This document shows positions 62,498-64,000 of a DNA stretch of 64,000 bases, in pieces. The stretch spans positions 25,462 to 89,461 of the forward strand of contig DLGG01000003.1 in NCBI GenBank assembly GCA_002482565.1, in the 5' to 3' direction. The position numbers and the translations under genes were made by a program. The first letter of the stretch is position 1, and every line of letters starts with the position of its first letter. The stretch is from Solidesulfovibrio magneticus (lineage in GTDB: Bacteria > Desulfobacterota > Desulfovibrionia > Desulfovibrionales > Desulfovibrionaceae). Below the pieces are notes generated by a model, which was not told the DNA's origin, searched no databases, and worked only from the letters and a program-made list of their open reading frames with translations.

Positions 62498-64000
62498 TCA
62501 ATTCGGCAGCACCAAATAGCTTTGTCCCGTCCACAAACCGATGACGGCGAAAATGCCGCCCATGAGAAAATCGCCGAGGATAAGGCCGATAAACAGCAAC
62601 CGCACCCGCTTGAGCAGCGCGATGCCGCCGTAGCGCAGAGTCAGTTGGTTGCACAGCCAACCGACGAAAAAGGAGAACCACAGGATCCGCATGGCCGAGC
62701 TGTACATGGTGAGAAAGCCCAGCGGATGGATGGGCCACCAGTAGAAGTGCTGGTAGGCGATGACCAGCCCCAGCATCACGGCCGCGCCGGCGGCGGCGAA
62801 GCCGATGACCGCCGCGTTGGAACCTGTCGGCGCTTCAATGAGGCGCTGGACGTTTTCATAGACCGTGCTCACGGTCTGGGTCTCCCAGTCCACTTGCAGG
62901 TCACGCAGGCCGTACTTGTGGCACACGGCCAGCATGGCCAAAAACGAAACGACCACGGCGGCGGCGATGCCAAGGACAATGGCGGCCAGGTAGAGCTTTT
63001 TGGGCCCCCGCCGCTCGCCGACCTTGGCGGCGTGGAACAGCGACGGCAAGAGCGACTCGCGCAGATCGACAAAGAGCATCTTCTGCATGACGGCGGCCAT
63101 GAGCAGCGACAGCCGGCTGAAGATGCCGGCCCCGAAAAAGGCGATAAGGCCGTCGGTGGGCGCGGCGGTCAGGGTGAAATAGGCGATGCCGCCTTGGCAG
63201 ATGATGCGGCTGGCCACCAGCATGACCATGAAAAACGCGCCCATGAGCAGCATGGCCTGGAAAAGCGGCATCCCAAACGAAGCGCTCCAGGCAATAAGCG
63301 CCCCGCCGCCCAGGACCAGCCCCCACAACGAGGCCGGCGCGCCCACCCACTCGGCCTCGTCCGGGCCGCGAAACCGGAAACGCAAGGCGTCGCGGGCGGT
63401 ATCCAGCAGATGGTGGCGGGCCAGCCACAGGAGAAAGCAGAAAAAGACGCCATAGGCCCCGATCATCTGCGTCTCTTCGGGCGAGGTCAGGGTCGGCCCG
63501 AAGGTGACGCCCAGGGCGGCGGCCGGAATGTGCTGGCCGATGAGGTCAAACACGCCGTAGACCAACCCGCCGAGTAGGAAAAACAACCAAAAGCTCAAGG
63601 AAATCTGGCGGGCGGTCAGGAAGGCGAAGCCGATGAAGGCCGGGTAGAAGTAGATCTTGAGCTTGGTGAAGCCCGAAAAGAGGCCCGTTTTGGGGAAGTA
63701 CGGCCCGGCCAGGATAAGCGTAGGGATTTGCGGCACGGACGGATCATAGAAGGCGATGCCGTTTATGGTGTGCAGGCCGACGCTTATAAAAAGGCCGCAC
63801 AGCAAAAACCGGTCGGCCAAAAGCGCGCCCAGGCCGCCGCCGTCCACGGACTCGGCCAGGGTCTCGGGCAGGCGCAGCAAGGGGAAATTCATGCGCTCGT
63901 TGGAGACCCACTGCTTGGCGAAAAGGTTGGTCAGGCACAGGAGCACGAAATAGCACAGGCCGATAAACACGGCCCAGGTGGTCAGCGGCCCGAGCCAGGC
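62498..64000 (-). CDS. Large polytopic membrane protein, DUF6785/DUF6784-like (5' end outside window)
   Basis: Frame open to the window edge. QW...ERMNFPL..LP, WWPIHPLGF, RYGG and GLILGD motifs. Many TM helices. Confidence 0.72.
   Translation of the reverse strand, partial: AWLGPLTTWAVFIGLCYFVLLCLTNLFAKQWVSNERMNFPLLRLPETLAESVDGGGLGALLADRFLLCGLFISVGLHTINGIAFYDPSVPQIPTLILAGPYFPKTGLFSGFTKLKIYFYPAFIGFAFLTARQISLSFWLFFLLGGLVYGVFDLIGQHIPAAALGVTFGPTLTSPEETQMIGAYGVFFCFLLWLARHHLLDTARDALRFRFRGPDEAEWVGAPASLWGLVLGGGALIAWSASFGMPLFQAMLLMGAFFMVMLVASRIICQGGIAYFTLTAAPTDGLIAFFGAGIFSRLSLLMAAVMQKMLFVDLRESLLPSLFHAAKVGERRGPKKLYLAAIVLGIAAAVVVSFLAMLAVCHKYGLRDLQVDWETQTVSTVYENVQRLIEAPTGSNAAVIGFAAAGAAVMLGLVIAYQHFYWWPIHPLGFLTMYSSAMRILWFSFFVGWLCNQLTLRYGGIALLKRVRLLFIGLILGDFLMGGIFAVIGLWTGQSYLVLPN

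Overview
GC-rich chromosomal window from a sulfate-reducing deltaproteobacterium. Gene content and order suggest Desulfovibrionaceae, probably Solidesulfovibrio-like (inference). Left to right: 3' end of an asparagine-synthase-family gene, an AraC regulator, hypCDE-dapB, HD protein-ddl-carA-TPR, an L,D-transpeptidase-like lipoprotein, hemerythrin and corA. Next is a probable phosphate-starvation locus: EAL-CBS-GGDEF, pstB, phoU, HprK-related kinase and CofD/YvcK-like protein, with Pho-box-like repeats, divergent from a PHP-phosphoesterase/GT4-glycosyltransferase fusion. Then a PocR/PAS kinase, a GT2 plus methyltransferase pair, asnS, tRNA-Sec, an ArsR/MOT1/ArsP/CMD/thioredoxin cluster, a low-GC two-gene islet and ftsY. 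A sigma54 two-component system precedes a complete lactate-oxidation operon that has an ADP-forming acetate-CoA ligase instead of pta-ackA. The window ends with rpoZ-dnaJ-TPR-moaC and two large uncharacterised membrane proteins. No CRISPR array, rRNA, transposase or integrase was seen. Best leads: the PHP-GT4 fusion as a one-protein phospholipid-to-glycolipid remodelling enzyme, the Pho-linked kinase/CofD-like module, a structured ~155-nt intergenic RNA candidate, and a four-copy REP-like repeat family. All family assignments come from motif recognition by eye; no searches were run.
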